Counted from the first letter of the stretch, positions 37,965 to 51,868 are shown. The stretch is DNA of 64,000 nucleotides from Callorhinchus milii (GCF_018977255.1 NW_024704742.1:62932001-62996000), one strand, 5' to 3'. Program-made: numbers and translations. The notes: generated by a model from the sequence alone, not told the origin.

Positions 37965-40125
37965 TGAAGCAAAAGTCTTCAATTTAAATTGAGCCAACTT
38001 TGCTGGTACGAGAGAGGATTTAGCCAGAATAAACTGGCAGACTAGACTTAAAGATTTGACGGTAGACCAGCAATGGCATACATTCAAGGAGATAGTGCAA
38101 AATTCCCAACGAGCACATATTCCTTTGAGGAATAAGAATGCCATGGGAAAGGTGGTGCAGCCATGGCTAACTAGAGCAGTTAGGGAAAGTATCAAATCAA
38201 AAGAAAAAGCCTATAAAACAGCGAAGATGAGTAGTAAACCCGAGGATTGGGAGAATTTTAGGGAACAACAGAGGAGAACCAAAAAATTGATCAAGAGGGA
38301 GAAAATAGATTATGAGGGCAAACTAGCAAAGAACATAAAAACAGACTCCAAGAGTTTTTACAAATATATAAAGAGGAAAAGGCTAGCGAGGGTGAATGTG
38401 GGTCCATTACAGGCAGAGACCGGAGGAATTATAATAGGGGACAAAGACATGGCAGAGTCATTAAACATGTATTTTTTTACAGTCTTCACCATAGAAGACA
38501 CTGGAAACATACCAAAAATAGAGGACCAAGAAGACAATGTTAGCGAGCAACTTAGGCAGATTAACATTAGTAAAGAGATGGTTCTAGGTAAATTGTCGGG
38601 TCTTAAAACCGATAAATCCCCTGGACCGGATGGCCTGCATCCGAGAGTTTTAAAGGAGGTAGCGACTGAGATAGTGGATGGCATGTCTATAATCTTGAGA
38701 GAAAATAGGGAAAACTATAGACCAGTTAGTTTGACGTCAGTTGTAGGGAAAATTCTTGAGTCCTTAATAAAAGACGTAGTTATGGGATACCTGGAAGACC
38801 ATAAAAAGATTAGGCAGAGTCAACATGGCTTTACAAAAGGGAAGTCATGCTTGACTAACCTTTTAGAATTTTTTGAGGATGTATCCAGCAGGTTGGATAA
38901 GGGGGAACCAGTAGATGTGGTATATTTGGATTTTAGGAAGGCATTTGACAAGGTGCCACACAAAAGGCTGTTACTCAAGATCAAGGCCCACGGGATTAAT
39001 GGGAAAATATTAACATGGATAGAAGAGTGGCTATCGGGTAGAAAGCAGAGAGTAGTGATAAACGGATCATTCTCGAATTGGCAGGATGTAACTAGTGGAG
39101 TGCCACAAGGATCAGTGCTTGGGCCTCAGCTATTTACCATTTACATCAATGATCTGGACGAGGACATTGAATGTAATGTGTCTAAATTCGCGGATGATAC
39201 TAAACTAGGTAGCAGAGTGAGCTCTCAGGATGATGCAAAAAGATTGCAACAAGATATAGATAGGCTCGGGGAGTGGGCAAGTAGGTGGCAGATGGAATTC
39301 AATGTTAGCAAGTGTGAAATTATTCACCTTGGTAGCAAGAATAAAAGAACAGATTATTTTCTGGAAGGGGAGAAGTTAGATAGTGTTAGTATTCAAAGGG
39401 ATTTGGGTGTCCTTGTACACCAGTCCCAAAAAGTTAGTTTGCAGGTGCAGCAAGCAACTAAGAAGGCGAACGGCATGTTAGCGTTCATTTCGAAAGGTTT
39501 AGAATATAAGAGTAGGGAAGTCTTGCTGCAACTGTATAGGGCTTTGGTGAGACCGCACCTAGAGTATTGTGTGCAGTTTTGGTCTCCTTATTTAAAAAAG
39601 GACATACTTGCCCTAGAGGGGGTGCAGCGTAGATTCACTCGGTTAGTTCCTGGGATGAGGGGACTGACCTATGAGGATAGGCTGAATAAACTAGGGCTGT
39701 ATTCTCTAGAGTACAGAAGAATTAGGGGAGATCTTATTGAAACTTATAAGATTCTTAAAGGGCTGGATAAAGTAGACACAGAGGGACTGTTTCCCCTGGT
39801 AGGAGAATCTATAACCAGGGGTCACAGTCTTAAAATTAAGGGTCAGCATCTTAGAACAGAGTTGAGGAAACATTTTTTCACTCAGAGGGTAGTGAACTTA
39901 TGGAATTCACTACCCCAGAAGGCTGTAGATGCTCAGTCCTTGAACATTTTCAAGGCTGAGACTGATAGATTCTTGAAAAATAGAGGGATTAGGGGATATG
40001 AGGATAGGGCAGGTAATCAGAGTTAGGTGAGAAGATCAGCCATGATCTTATTGAATGGCGGAGCAGGCACGAAGGGCCGAATGGCCTACTCCTGCTCCTA
40101 ATTCTTATGTTCTTATGTTCTTATG
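37965..40125 (+). mobile_element. Young CR1 LINE, 5'-truncated, inserted in a SINE
   Basis: Open ORF2; 3'UTR GGGCCGAATGGCCTACTCCTGCTCC and (TTCTTATG)n; host SINE rejoins as CATTCACTTC|ATGGCT. Confidence 0.95.
38056..40026 (+). CDS. CR1 ORF2 reverse transcriptase, partial (656 aa, no endonuclease domain)
   Basis: [46 protein letters not shown]. Confidence 0.9.
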   Translation: MTVDQQWHTFKEIVQNSQRAHIPLRNKNAMGKVVQPWLTRAVRESIKSKEKAYKTAKMSSKPEDWENFREQQRRTKKLIKREKIDYEGKLAKNIKTDSKSFYKYIKRKRLARVNVGPLQAETGGIIIGDKDMAESLNMYFFTVFTIEDTGNIPKIEDQEDNVSEQLRQINISKEMVLGKLSGLKTDKSPGPDGLHPRVLKEVATEIVDGMSIILRENRENYRPVSLTSVVGKILESLIKDVVMGYLEDHKKIRQSQHGFTKGKSCLTNLLEFFEDVSSRLDKGEPVDVVYLDFRKAFDKVPHKRLLLKIKAHGINGKILTWIEEWLSGRKQRVVINGSFSNWQDVTSGVPQGSVLGPQLFTIYINDLDEDIECNVSKFADDTKLGSRVSSQDDAKRLQQDIDRLGEWASRWQMEFNVSKCEIIHLGSKNKRTDYFLEGEKLDSVSIQRDLGVLVHQSQKVSLQVQQATKKANGMLAFISKGLEYKSREVLLQLYRALVRPHLEYCVQFWSPYLKKDILALEGVQRRFTRLVPGMRGLTYEDRLNKLGLYSLEYRRIRGDLIETYKILKGLDKVDTEGLFPLVGESITRGHSLKIKGQHLRTELRKHFFTQRVVNLWNSLPQKAVDAQSLNIFKAETDRFLKNRGIRGYEDRAGNQS

Positions 40126-40584
40126 TTCATGGCTTTGTGTAGGACCTTGCTGTGCAACTTGCCTGATTGTGTATGCTGACAAATACACCACACTGACAAC
40201 AATTACCTTTCCAACATTTTGAGATGCTTCAGTGTTGTAGGCTCTATATCAATTACAAGGATTATTAAGCGTTGTCTCTTTATGGATTTTTATTTCTCTT
40301 TATGCCATTTTCTGTTTGCTGTATTTCAATAATTTTATTTAACCGTTTTATCAGTACTTTTTGCTTCCAACACAGTTAAAGTACTTGTATATCTTATTTG
40401 TTCAAATAATTCTACCTTGATTTTAGGGTTTTGCCCCGGTGGTTTTTAATAATTCCCGACTAATATTTCCTCCCTTTGCAGTCATGGTTAAAAATGACTT
40501 GAAATGAGTATAATTGGAGATGGAGTTTTCAATAGCTGGTAGAAATTCTTACAACGAAAGATATCTGTCCTCTATTTAGTTAGG

Positions 40585-40860
40585 AACATAGGAACATAGG
40601 AACAGGAGTAGGCCTTTCAGCCCTTTGAGCCTCTTCCGTCATTTAATTAGATCATGGCTGATCTGTACCTCAACTAATCCCCTCAATTCCAATTTCCTGC
40701 TTTCAGCCGATATCTCTTAATACCCTGACCTACCAAAAAGCTATCAACCTCACTTTTGAAGGTGTGGGTGGATCCAGCATTCACAGCCTTCTGGGGAAGA
40801 GAATTCCAGATTTCTACCACCCTGACAATTTATATCCATTGTATACAACCTGTCAATCCA
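40585..40860 (-). mobile_element. CR1 3' end
   Basis: (AGGAACAT)n tail on + followed by AGGAGTAGGCC, the reverse of the CR1 3'UTR. Confidence 0.8.
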
Positions 40861-41520
40861 TGATCCACACATGACACATGTGGAAATACATCACCATGCT
40901 TAAAATTATCCAAACCGACAACAACTTGGAGGAAGCCAGACAGAGAGTTCCACATATGAATCACACCTATTCACAGAATTTCCCAGTGTCTAAGAATAGA
41001 ATGCACACTCTTTTCCTGGAGAGATGCACCCTGTTTACCCAGTTCCAGAGAGTATTAAGTGCAAGAACCAAGGCTTGGGAACGCCAAAGTACATGTGGGA
41101 TACTACTGGAGTTTAACCAACTACAGCTGTTTAGCTTGCCATTGAGAGCACTGTCCAGCAAGCTTCCCACTGCTTGAGCAACCAGGACCACCATTAGGTC
41201 AGTGGCTTGCAGGGAGCCATGTGGGAAAAATCCCTGCTCCCATTCTATCCTGCCAAGTTCTGCCAAATGGTTAGAGTATCTAGTCTTGAGCAACAACAAA
41301 ACCAATTTGCATTTATATTGCATGTTTTACACATGGAGTGTCTGAGTGATTTGAGCAGTGGGTTGGATTTTTTGCCTGGCTCAAGAACTGGCCCATTGTG
41401 ACCACCACAGGATGTTGACTCAATTCCCACTTTCATTGCCAAGCACGTCGCCTTGGGACCAATGAGTTCAGCCCCAAAGAGACTCTACTCATTACCCCAC
41501 ATGGAGAATAGACACCATTT
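40860..41520 (-). repeat. Family X copy, interrupted by an L2-like tail at about 41290-41375
   Basis: Reverse complement aligns with 57600-57680 and 57840-58150. Confidence 0.65.
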
Positions 41521-42734
41521 GATAATTTCACATCCAACAAGCACAGGTCTGAGCCCTCACTAGGTGGATAGTAAATATCAGAAATAGAAGGAAAGACAGC
41601 AGGGTGGACAGAAGAATGGCTTAAGCCAGGCGGCAGAATGTTCTATAAAGTTCCACAATTTAATTTCTTGAGAATCTCAGAATCCAATTGCAAGGCTTTT
41701 TTCCCCCCACTTTCTCATATTGCATCAAATGCAAGGATTATTATTTTATTTTTATTATTATTCTCGCCTATGATAATTATCACATTTTTCCTCCTGAACA
41801 TTTATCTATCAAAGAATGATCTGTAAAGTTCTGCAATGTAATTTTGTGAGAATCTCATGTCAGAATCGAATTGGAAGGCTTTTTTGCCACTTTCTCTTGT
41901 TGCTCAAACTTGACAATTGTGCAAATTACTTAGCACTGACATTATTCTTGAAGCTTTACTCCCAATAGCCTGACTGGAAACATCTGTAGAAAATATCATG
42001 TTTGAAACACAATATTGTGTAGGTGGGATCTATTAATATTAAGACTAAAACATACAACAAAGTTACAAAATGATGTGACTTTAAGACAGCAAAGCATTTT
42101 GTTCCAAAATCCATTTTTGTTATTGGCACTTTTTTCATGCATAACTTTCTTGATATTATTTTGTATGAATATTTCATGAGCTTATGATTCATGCTTGATG
42201 GCAAACTTGTGTGAAAGCAAAATAAAATGCAACTCTGCGACTGCAAGTCTCTTCCCCCTCTCTCCCTTATCCCCTCCTACCACCACTAACACCATCCTGC
42301 GTTTCTACTGACAGGACTTCATTGCATATTTACAAACAGAATACTCTAACATCAAACCTTAAGGGAGAAACCCAGAGAAATGTCATTATGTGGTGACTTA
42401 GATCTACAGGCACGGTGGATTGAGATGGTATCCAAGGACCTAGGAAGATACAAAAATTCTCATTTGCAGCAAAAATGAAAGTGGATCTCTGCAGACATTA
42501 ATTCAAATGACCTCCTTCCATTTAGTTAAGAGAAAGTACAGAGGCAAATATTATAAATAGCATATTCACTCACCGCTACGCGTAATCTGTCATCTATTAT
42601 TTTACAATGAGAGATCCTAACTGAATTTGTCAGCTATTTTCATTTTCTTAGAAATATACGACTGTCCTCAAAATTACTTTGCAGTGTAACAGATGTGGCC
42701 AGATATTACATTTGAGCTGTTAACATGGTGAGGA

Positions 42735-43100
42735 GCCCTACATGGCCTTGCTCCCCCCTACCTCTATGACCGTTTAACCCCCTACCAATCTGCCCACTCC
42801 CTCTGCTCATGCTTCACATCCCCCACCTCGCCCACCCTTCCATTGGTGGGCGGGCCGTCTGCCCCTGCCCTCTGGAACTCCATCCCACAGTCCCTCCGCC
42901 TTGCCCCCTCCCTTGCCTCCTTCAAAACCCATCTTAAGGTCCTTCTCTTTTTGCGTGCCTTCGGTCACCCTCCTTCCCCTTCCTGCCCTCCACCTTCCCT
43001 GATCCCGACCCCCAGCTCAGGTCCAAAACACCGATTGGCCAGTGCCTTGGGAAATCCTGATGTGAAAGGTGCTATACAAATATAATTTTGTTCTTGTTAA
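42735..43100 (+). mobile_element. L2 3' fragment
   Basis: HGLAPPYL, LWNSIP, FKTHLK and tail. Confidence 0.85.
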
Positions 43101-44202
43101 GGAGCAACATGGCTCTGTGCTGATGCAGATCTACAACAGCATCACAGCAACAAGAAGCAATCTCTTCTGTTGAACCAAAAAGTTTTCAATTTTGTGATCC
43201 TTGCAAGTGTTTTATTTTCTTTCTAGTTCCAAAGCAATGTATTGTGGAATTAACAAGTATTATGTCATCTCCACCAGGAAGAAAATGGCCCTTATACTTT
43301 AGTTAACTGTCTGAGGAAAAGTTCTGTTAAAATGAATTGCCAAGCTCAGCATTTGACAAGCTTCTTCCCCTGCCTGCTATTCTCAGGGTTTCACCTCCCC
43401 CCCCCCCCCCCCCCCAGGCACAACATTATCAAGTCAATGAACGTACTCTACAGGTTCTCTTAGCACTGTATCTCTCCCATCTTATGCTTTACAGTATTAA
43501 CTCTCACTGCAGACTTCCAGAGTTCAAAGCTTCCTCTGAAACTGGCACTTCAAATGTTCGACTCAGTTTGGGTAGAGGATTGTCTCTGTGGTTAGTATTC
43601 ACAGGGTTTTTATATTGATTCCCTTTCCATCTAGGATGTGGTTGTGATTTTTATTCTACTTAGGGAGCACATACCTGATCTTTTACAGGAATGTTTTAAA
43701 CACTGAAAAATGACAGAGACATACCTGGCAACTAAGGACCCATTAGCCAGTCCTAAGTAATAGGAAAACTGATAAAATTAACAATTAGACCTAGATGATT
43801 AATCATTAGAACCAGTAGGACGATACATTGCTCACCATAGCCAAACATTTTGAAACATCAATAAAGAAGGTGAACCCAGCACCCAGCTCAGATGCAAATC
43901 CTTGTCTGTCCAGTATCTTGAGACATCTTTCTGATGTAAAAGGCATTTTATAAATGCAATTTGTTGTAGTAAATAGGCGGCTGGACCAAATTGCCAAATT
44001 AGTTGAGATCACAAGGTTAATTTGGAAGAAGAAGGCCCTTTAGTCAAACTAATCTCATCTTTCCAGGCAACCTGTCCCAGTCTTTGATTACCCACTGAGT
44101 AGGCACATGGACAAGAGTCTTATAGGGTAAAAGAGAAAAGGCTGGGAATTGAGACCTAGATGGATGGCATCATTGGAGGAGCAAACACGGAGAACAATAG
44201 AT

Positions 44203-44518
44203 TAATAATAATAATAATAATTTTTGCACTTGATATAGCACTTTTCACTTCTTCTAGATGTCTCAAAGCACTTCACAGAATATGCTGTAAAATGAATTGA
44301 CTATATATTTGTGGACAAAACACGGCAGCCAATTGCGCACAGCAGTGTCCACAAACAGATGCAGATTGAAGTGACCAATTTATTACGTTTTTTTTCTTGA
44401 GGGATTATTATCAGGCATGTGGAGTAAGGAAACTTGTCCAAGGCTTTGCCTGCCGGGAATTAAACCCAGGTCTCTCGCTTGCAAGGCGAGGGCTCTAACC
44501 ACTGAGCTACAGGACTCC
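44203..44518 (-). mobile_element. Type A tRNA-derived SINE (head resembles tRNA-Ala, TGC at the anticodon position)
   Basis: GGAGTCCTGTAGCTCAGTGGTTAGAGCCCTCGCCTTGCAAGCGAGAGACCTGGGTTTAATTCCC. Confidence 0.85.
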
Positions 44519-45104
44519 AAATATAATTATTAGAATGGTCTCTTGTAGTTCATAGGTTGCTATGGCTCTATGGTTCCATCTACAGTCCTGCTTTAAATTG
44601 AAACATCGGTTTCACAGCTTTTAAATTCCTGTTCAGAGAGGTTTGACCGTATCCAAGTGCCCATTACTATTTTCCTTGTTTTTCTCATTTCAGGTAATAA
44701 CTGTACATATTTTGTTTTGCAATATATTCTGTGTTTCAATGTTCTGCTTGAGCCTTTTAATCTCGGCTACCAACCACTCTGCATCTTAGTTGTGATTAGT
44801 CTTGTTTAGGAGGGTATCTTTCATCCACTTCGTGGCTGTTTGTGGGACAATACTGAGCACAAATTGATGTCCACCTAGAATTTCACAATAAAATCCTATA
44901 AAGTGCTTTGAGCCGACTTGACGACATGATAAGGTGCTATATGAAGATGATTATTATTACTTTTATTATAACCAAGGTTGATGACTTCAATCCAATTTGA
45001 ACACAGGGAATGGCTAATCAATGAGGGGAACATCTTATTGTGAATTACTGCATAAGGTAGTAAAAGGTAGAGGATCATCAGTGGCAATTGCAAATGATGT
45101 ATCC

Positions 45105-45612
45105 TTTTCTGCACTGGGCTCTGAGAGCTGATAACCCCCATCCTTGCCTGGCTCCATTGGCTTCCCATTTCACAGAGGATTTAGTTCAAGATCCTCATTC
45201 TCACTTTTGAATCCTTCCATGATCTTGCCCCAGCCTACCTCTGCAACCTTAAACACTTCCAGCCTGCCTGCTCCCTCTGCTTGGCAATCATTGGTCTGCT
45301 TCACATTCCCTACTCTGCACAACCTACCATCAGCGATTGGGCTTTCAGCCTATCTGCCCCCAATCTCTGGAACTCCATCCTAGAGTCCCTTCAAAACGTC
45401 CCTTCCTTCGCCTCCTTCAAAGTCCATTTGAAAACCTTCCTGTTTGACTGAGCCTTCAGGTCATCTTCCTCCTCTATCCCCACTTCCCCTTGCCCCCTTC
45501 CCACCCTCCTGAACCCAACTCCCATATTGAGTGCAAATCCTCGACCATCCAGTACCTTGGGACATCCTCCCGTTGTGAAAGGCATAAAATAAATACAGTT
45601 GGTTGTTGATGA
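45105..45612 (+). mobile_element. L2 3' fragment
   Basis: LHWLP region, LWNSI and tail. Confidence 0.8.
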
Positions 45613-46079
45613 TGACAATAATGCATTGGACTTTAGAGTGACCCCGAAGTGTGGTCTTGTGCTTGTAGAACTCAAAATATTCAGCAGTTTGATGTATTAG
45701 ATGTGTATATTTATGATTTGTGATGTGATCATTTTTATTGGGTACATGTGATAATGGCGATTTTTCTCACACAGCGTCAACATTACACGATCCGAGTTGG
45801 GTACAGAATAAATCATAAGTAATGCAAGGCTGTGCAGAAAGTTATTTTCCAGCTCATTGAACATAGGACCATAAAGGGAGGTTTGGTTTGCATCTTGCAC
45901 ATCACCTTGATACTGACACAGAGTGAACAACCTGTTAAGATGTTCTGTCCCTAAGCATAAACATCCCTTTACGAGAAGCGAAGAAAATTGTTAACAAGAA
46001 TTTACAAGCAATGTGAATCAAGGAAATAAAAAGATCTTGGGAGAAAAAGATACATTTGAAAGGAATCCTTCATTTATTT

Positions 46080-46640
46080 TCAGATTCACAGGAGGTAGCA
46101 AGGCTGATTGGAGAATAGCTAATGTGATACCTTTTTCAAGAAAGGATATAGGTATGAATTAGGAGCCTGATAGTTCATAGACAAATGACAAGAGACCATT
46201 TTAAGGTACCCATTTCGGGATCATTGATCTCAATTGATTTGAGCATGATAAATGACGCAGCATGGATTTAGGAAAGGCAAGTTACTTCTGACAAGTCTAT
46301 TTGATTTTTTCTTAGTTTCAGCAACTGCACACAAAAAAAATATAGATGCAATTACAATTTTAGTATTGTAAATCGCATCCACTCAAATACAATAATACTT
46401 AACAAAAAGATAAGGATCCAGGAAGTTTAAGTGAGTGTAAAAAATAGGTAGAATAATGGTGGCTAAATTGTAAAAAGGAATGATTATTAAATGAAACATC
46501 ATATTATTAAATGGAAAAAAATGAAGAAATGGATCAGTATTTCCTTTTTAAAAGTAAAAAATGAGTTATTTTTGAGTCTAAGGAGCTAGTTCAATTTAAT
46601 AATGAGTCGATTGAGAGGATGATTAGTAGGATATCTAAGT
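46080..46640 (+). mobile_element. Very old CR1 RT remnant
   Basis: GATTGGAGAATAGCTAATGTGATACCT (DWRIANVIP) and CAGCATGGATTTAGGAAAGGC (QHGFRKG). Confidence 0.65.
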
Positions 46641-48914
46641 ACAGTAAATGGACAGTAGAAATTTGGACTAACAGTTTTAACTGGTTGTGAGTCATTTCAC
46701 ATAAGGCACTGTTTTAACTCCAAAGCAATTTACGAGGTGTTATTATGAACTGTGGAACACAATCTCTGAATTAGGAATGAAGCTAAGACTTTTTCAAAAT
46801 TCTGAACAAACTTAAATTGAAGACCATAGTTTTAAGGCTAACAAGTGTGTAAAACCAACATCCAAATTAATATTTGAAATTAAAAAGTTTCCAAAATGAT
46901 GCATAATTTGAAATGTTAAGACAAGGTCTTAAGACTACGACCATTCGAGTTTCTGGCCTTAGGATTCTTGACTATATTGTCATTCATAAAAACCTTTCCA
47001 AACATTCATAAGGAATACAACACAAATGAAGTGTATATTATGCAGTATCTATATCTGTATCTTATCATGTAACCAACATGGAATAGTGTTTGTATTCCAT
47101 AAAGATAAGATCATGGCATTGCAAATTGGAACTAATTTTTCCTTGAAAACTCATTTCAAAACCTAACTCTCCAAACCTAGCTGGCCAAACTAACAATGGA
47201 CATCCAGGACTTCTACCATCTCCAGATACATTTGAACTTGTCTGGTGAAATCTACAAAGAACACTATCGCACAATTAAAGACATCTTAACATAATTCATT
47301 TCTCATGTAGGTTACTGAGCTCACCCATAGACTATAAATATTCAGTAAGTCTTCAAAATGTATCTTCTGTGGATAAGTTGCACACTCCTCTTTGCATGTA
47401 GATCCTGAGGGAACAAGGATTTTCCATTAGCATCACGTTTCCCCTTATAAAAGAACCATAATAAGAAAGAGGTGTTTACCTTCAAAGTCAAGGTGTACTT
47501 AGCAATACATAGAGAACAAAACATCTTACCTCAGGGATGACTGAAGGATGAGAAGGAAAACAATTCATATAAATCATGCTGGAATGGTAAAAAAAGAAAC
47601 TACCTTCTCTTTTCAAACAAAATCAAGAGTTGTTTAACACCCACCTGAACAGTCAGACAGGATCTTGGTTGAACACCCCATCCAAATTACATCACCTCCA
47701 AAATTGCAGAGCTCCCTCAGTGTTGCACTGGAGCATCAGCCTAGACTATGAGCTCAAAAGTGAACTTTTTCCAAAAAAATGTTACGTGCAGAACCATCAA
47801 AACTTGAATACTGAGATGAATCTTAGCTCTCTGTGAGATGAATGAGCAATTATCTGGACAAGGAACTAGGTGGAATATCTCCATGGATAAGAATTTCAAA
47901 ATCACATTGGTACACAGAAAAAAACCTGTATGAAATGAAAGCCTGAGCCTGCAGTTTAATTTGTAGCATCAGAACATTTGTATTAATAACCAGATGAATT
48001 GAGCTGTAATGGATATGCATGTTCACTGCCAAGGCAGATTGAATATCAGTTGAATAATTGAAGGATGAGCGCAAGATCAAATCTTTCAATCTTCTTGTCT
48101 ATCCTAAATATGGCCAGCCAATCTACACCGCTTATTATATTTGATATATTTTATAAATACTGCTGTTTGTTTTATTCCACTTTTTGCAAGTATTTTCTCA
48201 CTTTTAACAAAATACACTGCTAATAGAGCTCTCCATTGCTACTGCCTCCTCTAGAATCCATTGCAGAATAATTGTTGTAATATGTGGAACTAAGTTGGAA
48301 ATGCCTCAATATAATGATAAGAATGTAAATTTCAGTCAATTAGCCTTGCTGCAAATTAAATATGATTAAATATTCAACATTTTAACAAACAAATTAAAAT
48401 CATAATATAGCGATTGTCAATGGAACATTTAGTTTCTGGATTTTATGAGTTTGCTATTTCAAATGCTTTAGAATGTAACATTTGGTTTTACTTACACAGA
48501 TGGTTATTGCTGTTGATTGTCATGGCATATGTATAAATGTTGTGATTGTGATAAAAGGCCAATGGAATCTCTATAGATCAGATAACTGGTATTGGAAATT
48601 CATAGTAATCCATTTATCTAAGAAAGTGCTGGAATCTATCACAGAATAAATAATAAGAAGCTACTGTGCCACAATTAGTATTTGACAAAAGCCTTTAGTT
48701 CAGGAGAGGTAGAATATTTTGATGCTAAAATGTGAGTACTATTAAACTAAAATTGGAGCTCAGTCCAGATACCTATATGCTATCTTCGTCTCCATAAACT
48801 ATTTACAAGAGAGATGTAGATTAAGAAGGCAATTCAGCCAATTTGAACTCAAGAATCCCTATCCACTTACCACAGCATCACAGTATCAAGTTGTGATAAA
48901 TGCAAAGATTATAA

Positions 48915-49385
48915 GGCAGCACAGCCAGTGCTGTGATCACAACACAACCAGCCTGACTCATCGGCAGGACCTGGAAGGGCAGATCAGTCACTGGGGGCAG
49001 GAAATCATCCCCCTCAGCTCCTGCTAACCCTGCAAGCCCTAACAGATAGGGTGATCCAAGCCGGATAAGCAGTGGGAAAAGCTTGCCAGACAGCGATATC
49101 AATGGGAAGCTCTATGGTTTTAGCTGGTTGGATTCCAGCAGTACACCAACGCACCCTCTGGGGTTCCCAACCCTTGGTTCTTGCCAACCTATGCCTGATA
49201 CTTTCCAGAATTGGGAAAGCAGGATGCATTCCTCCAGGGAGAGAGTGCACATTCCATTCCAACAATTTATCTCGGGATTTCCATGTGTAGGTGGGATGCA
49301 TGGAATTCTCAGCTTGGTTTGGACACTCTTAAACACATTGATGGGTTTCCACATACATCAGACAGCTGGCTGACTAAAAAAAGAC
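48915..49385 (+). repeat. Family X copy
   Basis: Collinear with 57690-58155. Confidence 0.8.
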
Positions 49386-49633
49386 TTATCACAGCATCAA
49401 GCTAAGCCCAGTGTCCTGGCTTCAACCATCATTTGTGGTAATATATTCTAAGCAATGTTTGCACTCACTGAAGAGTAATAGTTCCTGGTGTCAGTCCTGA
49501 AATTGCCCTTCAAATTTGACACTCTTGTCCCACAACCTTGTCATGTCAGAAAAAGATTTGACATAGATTTTACCAGGTGCAAATGGCAAGGAAATAGGCA
49601 CCCAATTGACAATAGGTGTCAAAGGGCACCTTA

Positions 49634-50015
49634 GGTGTCAATTTGGATCAGTTGATAGCATTCTCATCCTTGAGTCAGAAGGTTGTTTTCAAGCCTCAAG
49701 GTTGGTATTTTGAACCTCATAGTCTAACCACTTCAGTGCACCGTTAGGGGAAGTTACATTGAGACATTAAATCAAGGTCCCGTCTGCCAGTTCAGACAGA
49801 CACTGTCCTATTACACCATTCAAAAAGAGAAGGGAGTTTCTCCCAGTGTCCTGGGCAAATTGGTCATTCACTTCACAGCTGATTGTAGGAAATTGCTGCG
49901 TGCAAATTGGCTGTTGGAATAGCCTACAAACACACAATTACGACATTCAACATTAAATCCTTTGAAGTAATTTGAGACATTTCAACTAAGTGATCAATCA
50001 AGGATTAATTATTAT
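49634..50015 (+). mobile_element. Deu-domain SINE, near full length
   Basis: Head GGTGTC...CAGTTGATAGCATTCTC...GAGTCAGAAGG, Deu blocks and tail. Confidence 0.75.
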
Positions 50016-50479
50016 TGAGGCAGGAATTTTAAAAAATTATATTAAGAAAATACAGTCAATTTTATTGTAGTGAGATGTCACCGTGTAGTTAGCTAAATTA
50101 TTAGTTTGAACTTAAATTTGATGATTTTTGTTCACCATTAGGACCACTATACTGGCTTAGCTAGCAGATGTAGCAATGCTACACAATGCTACATTAGGTT
50201 AGAGAAGACCAGCAAAGTTCTTCTCACTCTCACACTGTTCATTGGTCTAATTCCACTCTCCACCTTGTTTCTTGTGCAGTTTAATAATCTCTCTTTTCAA
50301 GCATATATTTCACCCACAAAATATACAGTCAATTCACTTTACAATATCCTCTGTGAAACGTTTTGAGGTGTCTCAACAATGTGGTAAGGTGCTATAGCAA
50401 ATGAAAAAAAATATTATTATATTATCATTTAATTCCTTTTTAAAACACATGGGTGAAATTTGATTCAACAACGATGTAT

Positions 50480-50705
50480 TGAACATACACACACAAACAC
50501 ATTCTCACCAACACATCAGCTCTCAACATTCCATAAATACAAATGTGTACAAACACAAGACATGTGCATAAAAATACATACACATACATGTTTCTCTGCT
50601 CTCACAACCATACACATAGATGCACACGTGTACAAAACACGCACACACACACATGTTTTAATATGTACAGATGTAGACAAGCAAAGACATACAAACACAT
50701 TCAAC
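50480..50705 (+). repeat. Degenerate (CA)n microsatellite
   Basis: CA/TA alternation directly visible. Confidence 0.8.
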
Positions 50706-51507
50706 AACTGGTGAAGACCTAACAATCTGTGCCTTGTATCAAACAGTCTGAAAACTTGGAACTACAGATTCAAGACAGTTAAAAAGAGCCTTTTTGTATT
50801 CCGTTTCTCTGTTTATACAAATGTTTTCATGCTTCAAAGAAAATGCCATCAAGTTAAATATGAGCAGTGTATTAAGTGTAATGTTGCTATCAATATAATA
50901 TGTCTTGAATGTGAAACTGATGCTTTTAGCTACATTAACCTTCATAAGGTCAAGATGGCACAACATTAAAATAATGGGAAATATTTTGAGTATTTCACTC
51001 CGATCAACTTCATTGTAAAACAATATAGAAAATATCCGTACAGCTCACTGAATTAATATGCATTTATAAAAGTTTATCTCATATTTCTTGTCACTTTTTA
51101 CCCAAGAGAGATGCTCATTATACTTGTACTATATCCTATCTGTGGCAACATGCTGTAGAATTTCAATTTCCTCCTCTCCTTTAGGGAGATATGCCCAGAA
51201 GGTGGAATAATTTATAGATGAACATTTGTAAAATAACTTGACATTTGTTTAAAGATCAATGATGTCACTAGAGGGCATAACTAAATGTGCAAAAGTATGC
51301 TGAGTTATGGAAAAGGTTACTCAAGATAATTATGTTTTCAGCTTCACCAGTAGAAATCTTAAATAGACCTGAGGAAATGAATTTTAGTCTCTCAATGATC
51401 AGATATCCTAGAGAAAACTACAATTGCTATAATAAATTAACTAAATTATAGATGCTCATCGTAAATTACTTAAGAATCAAATCACAGTTTGTTTGCCTTA
51501 TTTTGTG

Positions 51508-51868
51508 AAGTCCTATAACAGATTGGTTAGAACACTCGCCTCGCAATCAAGAGGACCTGGGTATGACTCCCAGAGAGGGCGAAATGGTGAGAAAGTTTCC
51601 TTACTCCACGCACCTCTGATTACCCAGTAGTAAGTTACCGGTTGTTAGTCGATTGGCAGATCGCTTTTCTGGGAATAATAATTACTTCAAAAATAAATGT
51701 GGTCACTCAATCCACGACTGTTTGTGGGATACTGCTGTACACAAATGGCACCCGCGCTTTGCCCACAAAATAAACAGTCAATTCACTTTACACTGTAAGT
51801 GTGAAGCACTATGAGGCATCTTAAGGACAGATAAGGCGCTATATAAAATGCTAGGATTATTATTATTT
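51508..51868 (+). mobile_element. Full-length type A SINE
   Basis: Collinear with the reverse complement of 11601-11977. Confidence 0.85.

Noticed and set aside
44450..44518. Possible tRNA-Ala gene
   Set aside because: It is a SINE head that continues into SINE body, and box B is mutated.
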